Shown here: one piece after another, positions 10,990-21,700 of the stretch | Numbering within the stretch: the stretch's first letter is position 1 | Layout of the letters: every line of letters starts with the position of its first letter | Translations under genes and position numbers: made by a program | Assembly: GCA_965208835.1 (NCBI GenBank) | Contig: OZ242358.1 | Coordinates: 2,080,001-2,144,000, forward strand | From: Candidatus Latescibacterota bacterium | GTDB taxonomy: Bacteria; Latescibacterota; UBA2968; GCA-2709665 | Direction of reading: 5' to 3' | Length of the DNA stretch: 64,000 nt | Notes under the pieces: model-generated | Seen by the model: only the letters and a program-made list of their open reading frames with translations | Database searches by the model: none | What the model was told of the DNA's origin: nothing

Positions 10990-11619
10990 ATGGCAAGGTA
11001 CACAGAGTCGAGTTGCAAGTTGTGTCGACGTGAAGGGGTTAAGCTATTCCTCAAAGGCGAACGCTGCTATCTGGACAAGTGCTCTTTTGAAAAGCGCAGC
11101 TATGCGCCCGGCATGCACGGACAGCGGCAGGGACGCAAGCCTTCGGAATACGCCCTTCAGCTCAGGGAGAAACAAAAGGCCAAACGCCAGTACGGTGTGT
11201 TGGAGAATCAGTTCCGAGGCTACTATCACCAGGCCGCCCGCCGTAAGGGTGTCACCGGTGAACTCCTGTTGCAGACGCTTGAGAGCCGCCTGGATAACGT
11301 TACCCACCGGATGGGCTTCGCACCTTCTCACAAGGCGGCGCGCCAGTTGGTACGCCACCGGCACATTATGGTGAACGGGCGAGTTGTGGACGTCCCGTCC
11401 TTTCAGGTCACGCCCGGCGATACCATTCAGGTGCGGGAAAAGAGCCGCCAGCTGGCGCTGATTCACGACTCCATCAAGCGGGTCGGAGAGGGGAGACAGG
11501 CTGCGTGGCTGTCCCTGGACAAAGTCAATCTCACCGGCACCGTCCTCGATTATCCCGACAGGGAGGGCATTCCGACTCCCGTCGAGGAGCAACTCATCGT
11601 GGAGTTGTACTCGAAATAG
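10990..11619 (+). CDS. rpsD: 30S ribosomal protein S4 (Cys-containing type)
   Basis: CKLCRREG, QLREKQK, LESRLDNV and VELYSK motifs. Confidence 0.98.
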   Translation: MARYTESSCKLCRREGVKLFLKGERCYLDKCSFEKRSYAPGMHGQRQGRKPSEYALQLREKQKAKRQYGVLENQFRGYYHQAARRKGVTGELLLQTLESRLDNVTHRMGFAPSHKAARQLVRHRHIMVNGRVVDVPSFQVTPGDTIQVREKSRQLALIHDSIKRVGEGRQAAWLSLDKVNLTGTVLDYPDREGIPTPVEEQLIVELYSK

Positions 11620-11707
11620 TCGCCGCAGCCTGACGTTGAATGGCCACGTTTTTGAGCAGGAACGGACTGCCATATTGTTTTTCAGTGGATCCAAGGAGAA
11701 TTCTTGT

Positions 11708-12724
11708 ATGAAGCCTAAGAACTTCCAGATGCCCAGATCCGTGCAGATCGATGAGGATAGCCTCACCAATTCTTACGGTTTGTTCACAGTGCAACCTCTG
11801 GAACGTGGATTTGGTACCACTATCGGCAATGCGTTGCGCCGCGTATTGCTCTCATCAATTGAAGGTGCGGCCGTCAAGGCCATCCGGGTAGAAGGCGTGC
11901 AGCACGAGTTCTCCGTTGTACAGGGCGTCGTCGAAGACATGACTGAAATCGTCCTTAATCTCAAAGAGGTAAACCTGCGAATTCATTCGGACGAAGACAA
12001 AGTGCTTCGCATCGACAAGATAGGGCCGGACACGTTGACGGCGAAAGAACTGGAGGTGGACGCCGACGTCGAGGTGATGAATCCCGATCAGCACATCGCA
12101 TCCCTGGATCAGGACAGCCACCTCGAAATGGAGATCATCGTGGGCAAAGGGAGGGGTTATGTGCTGGCCGAAGAGAATAAAGTCACCGATCCCGCCACCG
12201 ATACAATTATGCTCGACTCGGCATTTTCTCCCATCAGAAAGGTGCATTACGAGGTGGACAATGCCCGTGTAGGACAGCAGACAGACTACGATAAGCTCAC
12301 GCTGACTGTCTGGACCAACGGAGCGGTCAGGCCGGATGACGCCGTGTCTCACGCGGCAAAGATATTGAAGGACCATCTGGAGCTCTTTATACACTTCGAG
12401 GAAGAGCCGGAGGAGGAGTACGAGGAAGTTATCGACGAAGACACGCAACGCGTGGCCTCGCTTCTGCAGATGCCGGTGGAAGAACTGGAACTGTCGGTGC
12501 GTTCCGCCAACTGTTTGAAGGCAGCCAATATTCTGACCCTGGAAGATCTTGTCCAGAAGACCGAGACGGAAATGCTGAAGTTCCGGAATTTCGGTCGCAA
12601 GTCGCTGAACGAGTTGACTGCCATCCTGGAAGGACTGGGTCTTCAGTTTGGCATGGATATAGAGAGATACAGCGGGATTGCCCCCAGGGCCGAGGAAGTC
12701 GCGGTGCTGGAAGATGAATTCTAA
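11708..12724 (+). CDS. rpoA: DNA-directed RNA polymerase subunit alpha
   Basis: [21 protein letters not shown] and [10 protein letters not shown] motifs; ATG after AAGGAG. Confidence 0.98.
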   Translation: MKPKNFQMPRSVQIDEDSLTNSYGLFTVQPLERGFGTTIGNALRRVLLSSIEGAAVKAIRVEGVQHEFSVVQGVVEDMTEIVLNLKEVNLRIHSDEDKVLRIDKIGPDTLTAKELEVDADVEVMNPDQHIASLDQDSHLEMEIIVGKGRGYVLAEENKVTDPATDTIMLDSAFSPIRKVHYEVDNARVGQQTDYDKLTLTVWTNGAVRPDDAVSHAAKILKDHLELFIHFEEEPEEEYEEVIDEDTQRVASLLQMPVEELELSVRSANCLKAANILTLEDLVQKTETEMLKFRNFGRKSLNELTAILEGLGLQFGMDIERYSGIAPRAEEVAVLEDEF

Positions 12725-12936
12725 GAAGCTGTTTTAAAATTCCCAGCGGTCTTCGCGTGGCTGCAAAAGCGCCGGTCGGCGCTGGTCAAACCCACCCAAG
12801 AGTGGCGAGGGGCGCGCAGCCACGATACATTGGATTTGGGCGGATTTTCCCGTCGGCGCTGCGCGACCCTCGCGCCTCATAACCGCCACTTTTTCGCTCG
12901 CGCTCGGGAACTCACCGGTAATTTTAAAACAGCTTC
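12725..12936. mobile_element. MITE-like repeat family B copy (212 bp) between rpoA and rplQ
   Basis: TIRs GAAGCTGTTTTAAAATT / AATTTTAAAACAGCTTC; directly follows the rpoA TAA. Confidence 0.88.
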
Positions 12937-12954
12937 CAAACGGAAAGACGGGCT

Positions 12955-13506
12955 ATGAGACACGGAAAGAGGGGGCGCAAACTCGGGCGTACGGCCAGCC
13001 ACAAGAGGGCAATGTTGAACAACATGGCCGCGTCTCTGTTCACGTACGGATCTATACGCACGACCCACGCAAAGGCCAAGGAGTTGCGCGGCGTGGCGGA
13101 GCGCCTGATTACGTTCGCAAAAAGGGGCGATTTACACGCCAGGCGGCAGGTTCTGCGACGGATACGAAACCAGCGTGTGGTTGCCAAACTCTTCGACGAG
13201 ATAGCAACTTCGTTTTCGGAACGCAATGGAGGCTATCTCCGGCTGCTCAAACTCGGACCCCGCCGCGGCGATCGCGTCGAAATGTGTCTGGTGGAGATGG
13301 TCGGGGAGGAATTCAGGGCGGATTTTTCCGGACGTGGGGAATCGGATGGCGATTCCGGGGCCCGCGATGAAAGCGTGAAATCCGCGGGAGCATCCGCCGG
13401 GGACGTCGCGGACGCGCCGGGTGAACCGTCTTCGGCTCCATCCGGCGAGGCGGAACCCGAGGAAGCCGGCGGATCGAGTGAGGACCAAGAGCGTACGAAA
13501 AAATGA
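12955..13506 (+). CDS. rplQ: 50S ribosomal protein L17 with acidic C-terminal extension
   Basis: MRHGKRGRKLGRT, TTHAKAKE and RNGGY motifs; S/G/E/D-rich tail. Confidence 0.97.
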   Translation: MRHGKRGRKLGRTASHKRAMLNNMAASLFTYGSIRTTHAKAKELRGVAERLITFAKRGDLHARRQVLRRIRNQRVVAKLFDEIATSFSERNGGYLRLLKLGPRRGDRVEMCLVEMVGEEFRADFSGRGESDGDSGARDESVKSAGASAGDVADAPGEPSSAPSGEAEPEEAGGSSEDQERTKK

Positions 13507-14762
13507 GTCCGTTGCGTCGTGACAACAATGGGACGAGAGGGCAAATCGACAGACCAGTCGATTTGCCCTTTGTATTCCGAGCCTTTTCCGGTGGGACACT
13601 CGTCTGTTTTTGCCTTGCGCTCTGCTTCTGCTGGGGTGCCGGCGACGCATCCGGCCGGCCGAATGGGGAATTCAGGGGGTTGTGGGTGGTTCGCCACTGG
13701 CTGGCGGATCGCGAGCAGGCCATGCGCGTGGTGCGTATCGCCGTCGACGCCGGGATGAACGCGATCCTCGTTCAGGTTCGGGGGAGAGGCGATGCTTTCT
13801 ACCGCAGTCGTTTGGTACCCCGGTCGGAAGCCCTGACCGATCTTGGGTTCGATCCACTTGCGCTTCTCGTGGAGGAGGGGCACCGGGCCGGTCTGGAAGT
13901 GCACGCGTGGGTGAATATGTACCTCACCTGGAAACCGACAGAGCAGCGGCCGGCGTCGCCGCGGCATATTTTCCTTCAGCACCCTGAATGGTTCATGCGG
14001 TCCGCAGACGGGATCGATATGGGACGTGTTGCGCTCGACGGGGTCGATCTCGTCAAACGAGGGGTGGAGGGGAGATTCCTCTCGCCCGGTAATCCCGAAG
14101 TCAGACACCATCTGCTAAGGGTCATTGAAGAGATCGTGGCCGAATACGACATCGACGGCATCCACATGGATTACGTCCGGTACCCGAATATCCACTACGA
14201 CTACAATCCCGCCGTGAGCGACGCGTTCAAGACGCGCTATGGCTTCGACCCCGCTGGACGGAAAGACGACGGGTCGGGCGCCGGCGCCGCTGCGGACGTG
14301 AGCGACGACGGGAAGCTGTGGCATAAATGGCGCAGCGAACAGGTCAGCCTGCTTGTGGGCCAGGTGCGAAAGGCGATTGCACGGCTCAAGCCCGATGTCA
14401 GGTTGTCTGCCGCAGTAAAGCCCGATATCGATTCCGCTTTCATGAAGTATGGACAGGACTGGATCGGATGGAGTAACGGGGGGCTCGTGGACTTTGTCGT
14501 GCCTATGTTCTATAAAGGATCTGCCGCGGAGATCGAACGCCAGATGACCGATGCCAGGAAGCGCGTCAAAAAGGGAAGTCTGTACGCCGGGATCGGCATC
14601 TGGAATCAGAACGCCGACGACACGGTGGCTCAGATTGAGATCGCGCGTCGCAAGGGTCTACAGGGCGTCGTGCTGTTTTCCGTGGATGGATTCGTGCAGC
14701 AGAAGGGACTGATCGGCACCTTACGGCGAGGCCCGTTTCGAGTGCCACCCGACCGACCGTGA
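13503..14762 (+). CDS. Family-10-like glycosyl hydrolase (YddW/DUF187-like), probably secreted
   Basis: RGLWV, QVRGRGDA, GLEVHAW, YDIDGIHMDYVRYP and QDW motifs; start uncertain. Confidence 0.82.
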   Translation: MSPLRRDNNGTRGQIDRPVDLPFVFRAFSGGTLVCFCLALCFCWGAGDASGRPNGEFRGLWVVRHWLADREQAMRVVRIAVDAGMNAILVQVRGRGDAFYRSRLVPRSEALTDLGFDPLALLVEEGHRAGLEVHAWVNMYLTWKPTEQRPASPRHIFLQHPEWFMRSADGIDMGRVALDGVDLVKRGVEGRFLSPGNPEVRHHLLRVIEEIVAEYDIDGIHMDYVRYPNIHYDYNPAVSDAFKTRYGFDPAGRKDDGSGAGAAADVSDDGKLWHKWRSEQVSLLVGQVRKAIARLKPDVRLSAAVKPDIDSAFMKYGQDWIGWSNGGLVDFVVPMFYKGSAAEIERQMTDARKRVKKGSLYAGIGIWNQNADDTVAQIEIARRKGLQGVVLFSVDGFVQQKGLIGTLRRGPFRVPPDRP

Positions 14763-14777
14763 CGGAGGAGGACACGT

Positions 14778-16142
14778 GTGCTGAAACCCAGGCGCGGCGA
14801 TCGGATCGAAATTGACATCGAGCGGCTGGATCGACGAGGAAACGGTCTGGGCCGGCTGGGCGTCTACACTCTGCTTGTGCGGGGCGCGGTGCCGGGAGAC
14901 CGCGTACGAGCGCGGGTGCGCAAGGTCAGGAACCGGTTGCGCCGGGCTGAAGCCAGTCTGGAGGAACTCCTCTCCACCGACATTCAGCGGTCCCCTGCAC
15001 GCTGTTCACACTTCGGGCTCTGCGGCGGCTGTCTGTGGCAGAACATTCCCTACAAGATCCAGGTTCGATTGAAGCAGGATCTGGTGCGGACCTGCCTGAC
15101 GGAGGCGGGAATAGATGCAGAACTGGACGCGCCGATGCCTTCCGCGGAACCGTTCTTCTACCGGAACAAGATGGAATTCTCATTCGGTTCGTCGCCGGAA
15201 GGGCGTACGGAGGTGGGATTGCACGTCTGGGGACGTTTCGACCGCATATTCGACCTGGATGCGTGTTACCTTCAGTCGGAGACGTCCAATCGCATCGTCG
15301 AAAGTGTACGGAACTTCGCCGGTTCGCTCTCCGTATATCACCTGAAGCGCCATGAGGGTCTGCTCCGTTTTCTGACCATACGCGAGGGTAAGCTGACCGG
15401 TGAAACCATGGTGGTGATTACGACATCAGGGGATGCGTTTCCCCAGGCGGAGTCGCTCGGCAAGATGTTGGAGGAGACGTTTCCGGAGGTGAAGAGCGTC
15501 ATCCGCAGCGTCAATCTGCGGCGGTCTCAGGTTGCCATCGGCGACCACGATGAGGTACTCGCGGGGATGGGTACCGTAAGAGAAACACTGGGGGATTTCA
15601 CCTTCGAGATTTCGCCGGGCTCATTCTTCCAGACCAACACCCGCCAAGCTCAGCATCTTTACCGTCGGGTGGTTGAACTGGCGGATCCGGGGCCGGACGA
15701 CAGGATTCTGGACGTGTATTGCGGCACGGGCGCGATCTCGCTGCATTTGTCGCAGAAGGCCGGATATGTACTCGGGATTGAGGCCGGTGAGGGGGCGGTT
15801 CAGGATGCGATTCGCAACAGCGCCATTAACGGCGTGTCCAACTGCCGTTTCATCGCGGGCGCCGCGGAGGATGTTCTGTGGCAGATCCGGGAGCAGGGTG
15901 AACGCTTTGAAACCGTGGTCACCGATCCACCGCGACCGGGTATGCATTTGAAGGCCATAACAGCGATTTGTGATCTGCGCCCGGAGCGCATTGTATATGT
16001 TTCGTGCAATCCTGAGGCGTTGGGTGCGGACCTGGTCCGGCTTGAGTCCTCAGGTTACAAGACCGACTACGTGCAGCTTGTGGATATGTTTCCCCATACA
16101 CCGCACTGTGAGGTTGTGGCGCGATTAAAGAAATCAGCCTGA
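14778..16142 (+). CDS. rlmD: 23S rRNA (uracil-C5)-methyltransferase, RlmD family
   Basis: TRAM domain; CSHFGLCGGC 4Fe-4S motif; SFFQTN, DPPR, YVSCNP and DMFPHT motifs. Confidence 0.9.
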   Translation: MLKPRRGDRIEIDIERLDRRGNGLGRLGVYTLLVRGAVPGDRVRARVRKVRNRLRRAEASLEELLSTDIQRSPARCSHFGLCGGCLWQNIPYKIQVRLKQDLVRTCLTEAGIDAELDAPMPSAEPFFYRNKMEFSFGSSPEGRTEVGLHVWGRFDRIFDLDACYLQSETSNRIVESVRNFAGSLSVYHLKRHEGLLRFLTIREGKLTGETMVVITTSGDAFPQAESLGKMLEETFPEVKSVIRSVNLRRSQVAIGDHDEVLAGMGTVRETLGDFTFEISPGSFFQTNTRQAQHLYRRVVELADPGPDDRILDVYCGTGAISLHLSQKAGYVLGIEAGEGAVQDAIRNSAINGVSNCRFIAGAAEDVLWQIREQGERFETVVTDPPRPGMHLKAITAICDLRPERIVYVSCNPEALGADLVRLESSGYKTDYVQLVDMFPHTPHCEVVARLKKSA

Positions 16143-16224
16143 CGATAAGGCATTTCGCCGGATCCGAACAAGCCGGGGAGAGGATGCAAATTTCGTCTGC
16201 ATTTGGAATTGGCAGGCTCGCATG

Positions 16225-16698
16225 TCAATCCCTGCTGATATCCAGAATCTCATAGGCAAGCGTGCCCACCGGAACCTTCGCTTCCACCTGCTCGCCAACG
16301 CCTTTGCCCAGAAGAGCACGGCCAACCGGAGACTGCGTCGAAATCTTGTTCTGTTCGAAATCCGCCTCGTCGGTCGATACCAGCGTGTAGCGGATCTGTT
16401 CGCCGGTCTTGCGGTCCTTTAACGTGACCGTAGCGCCAAGATAGGCCTTATCCTTGTCCATCAGACTTTCGTCGATGATTTCAGATCGAACCAGTTTGTC
16501 CTGGAGTTCGGCGATTTTCTTCTCAATGAACATCTGACGTTCCTTGGCGCTATGGTATTCCGCGTTCTCGCTCAGGTCTCCATGCTCACGGGCTCTGGAG
16601 ATTGCCTCTATTACCGCTGGCCGCTCCCGGGTCCTGAGGCGTTCCAGTTCAGTTCGGATCTTGTTGTAACCGTCTTTCGTGAGATAAAGCCGATCCAT
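16225..16698 (-). CDS. greA: Transcription elongation factor GreA
   Basis: AREHGDLSENAEY and ISTQSPVGRALLG motifs. Confidence 0.96.
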   Translation of the reverse strand: MDRLYLTKDGYNKIRTELERLRTRERPAVIEAISRAREHGDLSENAEYHSAKERQMFIEKKIAELQDKLVRSEIIDESLMDKDKAYLGATVTLKDRKTGEQIRYTLVSTDEADFEQNKISTQSPVGRALLGKGVGEQVEAKVPVGTLAYEILDISRD

Positions 16699-16756
16699 TG
16701 TTCTGTCTCACTTCCTCATGTCTGGCCCGCCCGGACTTGAGCGTTCTGCAATTTAC

Positions 16757-16818
16757 AGAAAAAATACCGGGGGTCCGGATCAGCGGACGGCCCCGCCGTG
16801 TACAACATGGACCCCGGT
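16757..16818 (-). terminator. Intrinsic terminator/attenuator in the greA leader
   Basis: Minus-strand stem ACCGGGGTCC...GGACCCCCGGT followed by ATTTTTTCT, between the promoter and the greA start. Confidence 0.65.
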
Positions 16819-16850
16819 GATGAGCCCCCTATTTAACTCTAAGATGCTTA

Positions 16851-16879
16851 AAAATAAGATCTTTATTGAATAAAGTCAA
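16851..16879 (-). promoter_or_regulatory. Sigma70-like promoter for greA
   Basis: TTGACT-17 bp-TATTTT on the minus strand; spacer overlaps the palindrome CTTTATT-G-AATAAAG. Confidence 0.55.
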
Positions 16880-16906
16880 GATCAAATGGTTCCTGGCAGG
16901 TTCGGA

Positions 16907-16935
16907 TTGACAACTTCAATGAAGGTTTGTATACT
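16907..16935 (+). promoter_or_regulatory. Sigma70 promoter for the dapA-like/adk genes
   Basis: TTGACA-17 bp-TATACT; palindrome CTTCA-A-TGAAG in the spacer. Confidence 0.7.
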
Positions 16936-16994
16936 TTACGCTTGGCGCAACCTTTCCCGTGGAAAAACACTGTGGAATCCATGCGGGGGTGGGA

Positions 16995-17903
16995 ATGGAC
17001 AGCACGTTTGTGCGCGGGCTGATTCCGGCGCTGGTTACTCCGATGACCTGCGACGAAGCGCTGGATGAAGCGGGCCTCGAACGCCTGGTGGATTACGTCA
17101 TAGACGCTGGTGCGCACGGCGTATTTACCGGAGGAACCGCCGGGGAGCCCTGGGCGCTGAGCGTCGAAGAGAAGAAAAGGCTCTACGAGTGGACCGTGGG
17201 CTATACGGCGGGACGGGTTCCGGTCTACGTGGGGACGGCGGCAAATTGCACAGCTGAGGCCGTGCGGCTGGCGGAAGCTGCACAGGAGGCGGGGGCGGAT
17301 TGTCTCTCCGTGCTGACGCCTTTCTTCATTACGCCGGGCCCGGAGGAGATGTTCAATCACTTTGCGGCGATCGCACGTGCCGTGGACCTTCCGGTGCTCT
17401 TGTACGACCTTCCGGCGAGAACGGGAAACACCCTCTCCGTAGATCTTGTAATGCGGCTGGCAACTGAATTCTGCAATATCGTCGGAATCAAGGAGAGTTC
17501 GGGTGATTTTTCGCGAACACTCGAGTACCTGCGGCTTGCTCCCGAGAATTTTCGCGTCATTATGGGTCGCGACACGCTGATCTACGCCGCTCTGGTTCAC
17601 GGCGCCGCAGGTGCGATTGCCGCAACCGCCAATGTCGCGCCCGACCTGGGGGTTGGTATCTACGAGCGGTACATGACCGGAGACGCCGTCGGCGCACTGG
17701 ATTGTCAGATGCGGCTTGCCCCGCTTCGAGCGGCCTTTGCGCTGGGTACCCACCCGGCAATGCTCAAGGCGGGGGCGGAGCTCGTTTGCAATGCGGGTGG
17801 TCCGCCGCGTCGACCCGTAAGCCGATTGTCCGGACGCGATTTGCAACAGTTGAAAGAGGTGCTTACAGAGATGGGAATGCCGGAAGTCTCCGACGCCAAT
17901 TAG
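16995..17903 (+). CDS. Dihydrodipicolinate synthase (DapA)-family aldolase/lyase
   Basis: GLIPALVTP; GTAGE (variant of GTTGE); LYDLP; GIKES Schiff-base Lys. Confidence 0.85.
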   Translation: MDSTFVRGLIPALVTPMTCDEALDEAGLERLVDYVIDAGAHGVFTGGTAGEPWALSVEEKKRLYEWTVGYTAGRVPVYVGTAANCTAEAVRLAEAAQEAGADCLSVLTPFFITPGPEEMFNHFAAIARAVDLPVLLYDLPARTGNTLSVDLVMRLATEFCNIVGIKESSGDFSRTLEYLRLAPENFRVIMGRDTLIYAALVHGAAGAIAATANVAPDLGVGIYERYMTGDAVGALDCQMRLAPLRAAFALGTHPAMLKAGAELVCNAGGPPRRPVSRLSGRDLQQLKEVLTEMGMPEVSDAN

Positions 17904-17952
17904 ACGACTTCCAGATCAACGGGTCTGTACGAATTGAAGGAGCGGCGGAACG

Positions 17953-18564
17953 ATGGAGCGACGGGAGAAACATCGGACGATTCTGGTCGTTGGCGCACCC
18001 GGATCGGGCAAGGGCACGCAGGGGAGAATACTGGGGAACATTCCTGGATTCCACCATTTGGCCTGCGGAGATGTTTTCAGGTCTCTGGATCCGGGCAGTG
18101 AACTGGGCAAGGTCTTCCTGGCCTACTCCGGAAAGGGCCGGTTGGTTCCGGACCAGTTCACCGTTCAGCTGTGGCTGGACCACATCCGCGGCGCCATCCA
18201 CAACGGTGGTTTTCGCCCGGACGAGGAAGTGCTCGTACTTGACGGTATTCCGCGCAATCTGCGCCAGGCCGAAATGATGGCTGACTATATCGACCTCAAT
18301 CTGCTCATCTATCTGGATATAGCCGACGACAACGTACTGGTTGAGCGTGCGCTTCGCCGTGCGCTGCGGGAGAATCGGCTCGACGATGCCAGCGAAGCGG
18401 TCATCAGGCGACGGCTGCGGGAATTCGAAAGGGAAACCGCGCCCCTGCTGGAATACTATCCTGCGGAGGTGATTCGCAAGGTCGACGGAGAACAGAAGCC
18501 TGTAGACGTCTTGCACGATGTGATAGGAATCATCCAGAAAGCCGATACGGTCGCGGATTTCTGA
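17953..18564 (+). CDS. adk: Adenylate kinase family protein (short LID)
   Basis: P-loop GAPGSGKGTQ; GRLVPD, LDGIPR and RLDD motifs. Confidence 0.8.
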   Translation: MERREKHRTILVVGAPGSGKGTQGRILGNIPGFHHLACGDVFRSLDPGSELGKVFLAYSGKGRLVPDQFTVQLWLDHIRGAIHNGGFRPDEEVLVLDGIPRNLRQAEMMADYIDLNLLIYLDIADDNVLVERALRRALRENRLDDASEAVIRRRLREFERETAPLLEYYPAEVIRKVDGEQKPVDVLHDVIGIIQKADTVADF

Positions 18565-18588
18565 GCATCGCAACCTTCGCGTTTGGAG

Positions 18589-18622
18589 GACGGTCGCCTG
18601 TCTCAGGCGGCCGTCGTATTTT
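18589..18622 (+). terminator. Rho-independent terminator after adk
   Basis: GACGGTCGCCTG-TCT-CAGGCGGCCGTC followed by GTATTTT. Confidence 0.65.
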
Positions 18623-18766
18623 AATACCGTTTATTTGGTCAATGGATGTCGGAATACCTGTGTGAAGGATTGCGCGGGACTTGCGCGTCCTCGTGAAGGT
18701 TGGAAACCCGGTACCGGCTGTATGTTCGCAGGCCGGTCCCGAACGTGCGGAGGAGTGTCGGCAGCT

Positions 18767-21700
18767 ATGACACGAATGTGTATCGGTCTGGTTCTCATGA
18801 TGGTCGTCCCGCCTCGCGCGGATGCACGACCGGTAATGGATTGGACGGTTTACCAGTACAAAGACGGGCTTGCCCACAACGTCGTAACGTCCGTTGTGCA
18901 GGCGAGAGACGGTACCATGTGGTTCGCCACCCGCGGAGGCATTTCCCGATACGACGGCCAGTCTTGGCAGACGTACGCTGAAGAAAGCGGATTGCCGGGC
19001 GGCAGCTTCAGTGCGCTGTTCGAGGCGGAGAACGGCACAATGTGGGCCACAGGGGGATTCGGGTTTCGCGGGCGGCCGGGAAATCGGATCGCCCGTCTGG
19101 CCGGCAACCGCTGGGAGCCGGTAATGCTGCCTGGAAACCTCGAGGGCGTCCGCGTGGGGCCGATTGTAGGCGTCGCAGGAGGCGGCCTCTGTTTCGCCAC
19201 CGCAGGTATGGGTATACTCCACTATGCCGGTGATGAATGGAAGACAATCGACGAAGAGGATGGACTTGCCTCCAACGATGTGCAATGCCTGTTGAGGTCG
19301 AAAGACGGTGCGGTTTGGGCAGCGTATGCGGGCCGGCGTCCGGGAGTGCCGTTTTCGGCACGTTCCAGGGGTCGCCGGGGCGGGGGCATGAGCCGGTTCG
19401 ATCCGACGAAGAATGCATGGGTGGAGGTCGCCGCGCCCGGTGAACTGGCAGGCGGAGCGGTAACGGCGATGGCACAGGCGGTCGACGGGGCCGTCTGGCT
19501 GGGTACCGAAAACCGCGGGGTGTTGCGTTACCACGGCGCAAATTGGCAGGTGTTCGATGCCCGGGACGGAATGCCCGCGGACCGGGTGCTTTCCGTCGCG
19601 TCGGCTCCTGACGGATCGATATGGGTTGGTACCGTCGGTGGTGCCGTAAGATTCACGGCATCAGAAGAAGCGTCGACAGCCGAGGGTCGCTGGCGGGTTC
19701 GTCAGGTCTTTACGGAAGAGAACGGCCTCCCCAGCAATCTGGTGACATCGGTCTGTATAAGCAAGGACGGCGCGGTCTGGTTGGGGACGGCGTGGGGTGT
19801 CGCGCGATACGGTGCGACACGCTGGGACCACCACAGCCGCTGGGCGGGGTCGGACGACCGGGGCGGGGTGGCCCTCGAACGCACCGAGGACGGACGTCTA
19901 TGGGCCGCCACGGGAGAACGAGTCTACGAATACGACGGAGCCGGCTGGAACGAGGCGTACCGGATCGGCAGGAGCGGTCGCCGCAGGTCCGGACGAATCG
20001 TGGCGTTGAGAAAGGGAAAGGGCGGCACGCTCTGGGCGGCCGCCCATCGAAGCGTGTTGCGATTCGATGGGGTCTTTTGGAAGGAATTCCCATTGCCCAT
20101 CTCCGGTCCGGGGTCCCGGATTCTCTCGATTTTTCCCGCGCGCACCGGCGGCGTCTGGGCGGGCACGGGAGCCGGGCTGTTCCGCTTCGACGGCGAGCAA
20201 TGGGAAGCGCAAGCGCCGGAGGATTCACTCAGAGTGAGCGCTGTGTACGAGTCAGACGACGGCGTTCTCTGGTTTGGCGCCAATGGCGGTATCGTTAGGG
20301 AGAAAGACGGCGAACGTGAGGTTTTCGATACGGCGGGGGGGTTGCCGGGCGAGCCGGTCATCGCGCTGGAGGAGGCCCAGGGCACTGTCTGGGCCGCGAC
20401 GCGCTTCACAGGAATGTTTCGGTACCATCAGGGAGAGTGGAACCCTGTGCCAACCGGTGACCAAACCGTTTTCGGCGGCGCGCATCGACTCTTCGTGGAT
20501 GACGACGGAATACTCTGGCTGGCCACCCTTGTTGTCGGTGCCGTTCAGACCGATGGCGTGACCTGGACGCGGTACACCACGCGCAACGGCCTTCCGGGCG
20601 CCAGGGTGTGGGATGTGGCGCAGGACCGGCTGGGTAGATTCTGGTTTGCCACGGATAAGGGACTGGGATGCTATACGCCGGACACCGATGCGCCTGAAAC
20701 CACGCTTTCCATGCCGTCCGGAGAGGTGGCGCCCTACCAGAGCGCACTGTTCAAATTCTCCGGCCAGGACGCATGGAAGCAGACCCCGCCACAGGGCCTG
20801 AAATACGCCTGGCGGGTCGACGGCGGCGACTGGTCGAGGTTTTCGAGCGAAGATCAGGCGTTCGTCGGCAGGATGGCTCCGGGACCGCACACCTTCGAGG
20901 TGCGCGCGATGGACCGGGGATTCAATGTCGACGCGACGCCGGCGCGCCACACTTTCACGGTTCTGGCGCCGGTCTGGCAACGGCCATGGTTCGTCGCGCT
21001 CAGCGTGTTCTCTTTCGTGGCCCATTGCGTGTCATCCGGCTACGCGCTGCACCGGCATCGGCGGTGGAAGGAGGCTCAGGCACGAATGATTCACGAATTG
21101 GAATCGGAGTTGCAGCAGGCGCACAGGATGCAGATGGGTCTGCTGCCAACGGTTCCGATCCGGGCCGACACGTTTGAAATCGCCGGGATCTGCGTGCCGG
21201 CGAACCACGTCGGCGGGGACTATTTCAATTATTTCTGGCTGGACGAAGCTCGCCGGAAGCTGGGTTTCGGCGCTGCGGACGTGTCGGGAAAGGCGATGGA
21301 GGCGGCAGTTCGCGCCATGCAATTGAGCGGCATTTTCCGATACGAATTTCGAGGCAGGCGGCCGCTGGACGAGGTCGCGATGCGGCTGGACGAAGATTTG
21401 AAGGAGCAGATGGATGAGGCCAGCTTTGTCACCTGCTGTCTTGGCACGCTCGATCTCGAGTCACAACGCGTGCATCTGATTAATGCCGCTCATCCCTTCC
21501 CGTACCACTATTGCGCCAGGACTCAGGAATTGCGGGAGATTCCGTTGCCGTCCATACCGCTGGGTATGGTACTACCTCCGGGAAGTCCCGGAGGGCGCGC
21601 CGAAGCCACCATACAAGTCGCGCCGGACGACCTGCTGTTGTTCTACAGCGATGGTGTGACCGACATGAGGAACGTAGCCGGCGAGTTTTATGAGAACGAC

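Noticed and set aside
16995-17903. Assigning the symbol dapA
   Set aside because: The GTAGE variant motif and absence of lysine-pathway neighbours support only a family-level call
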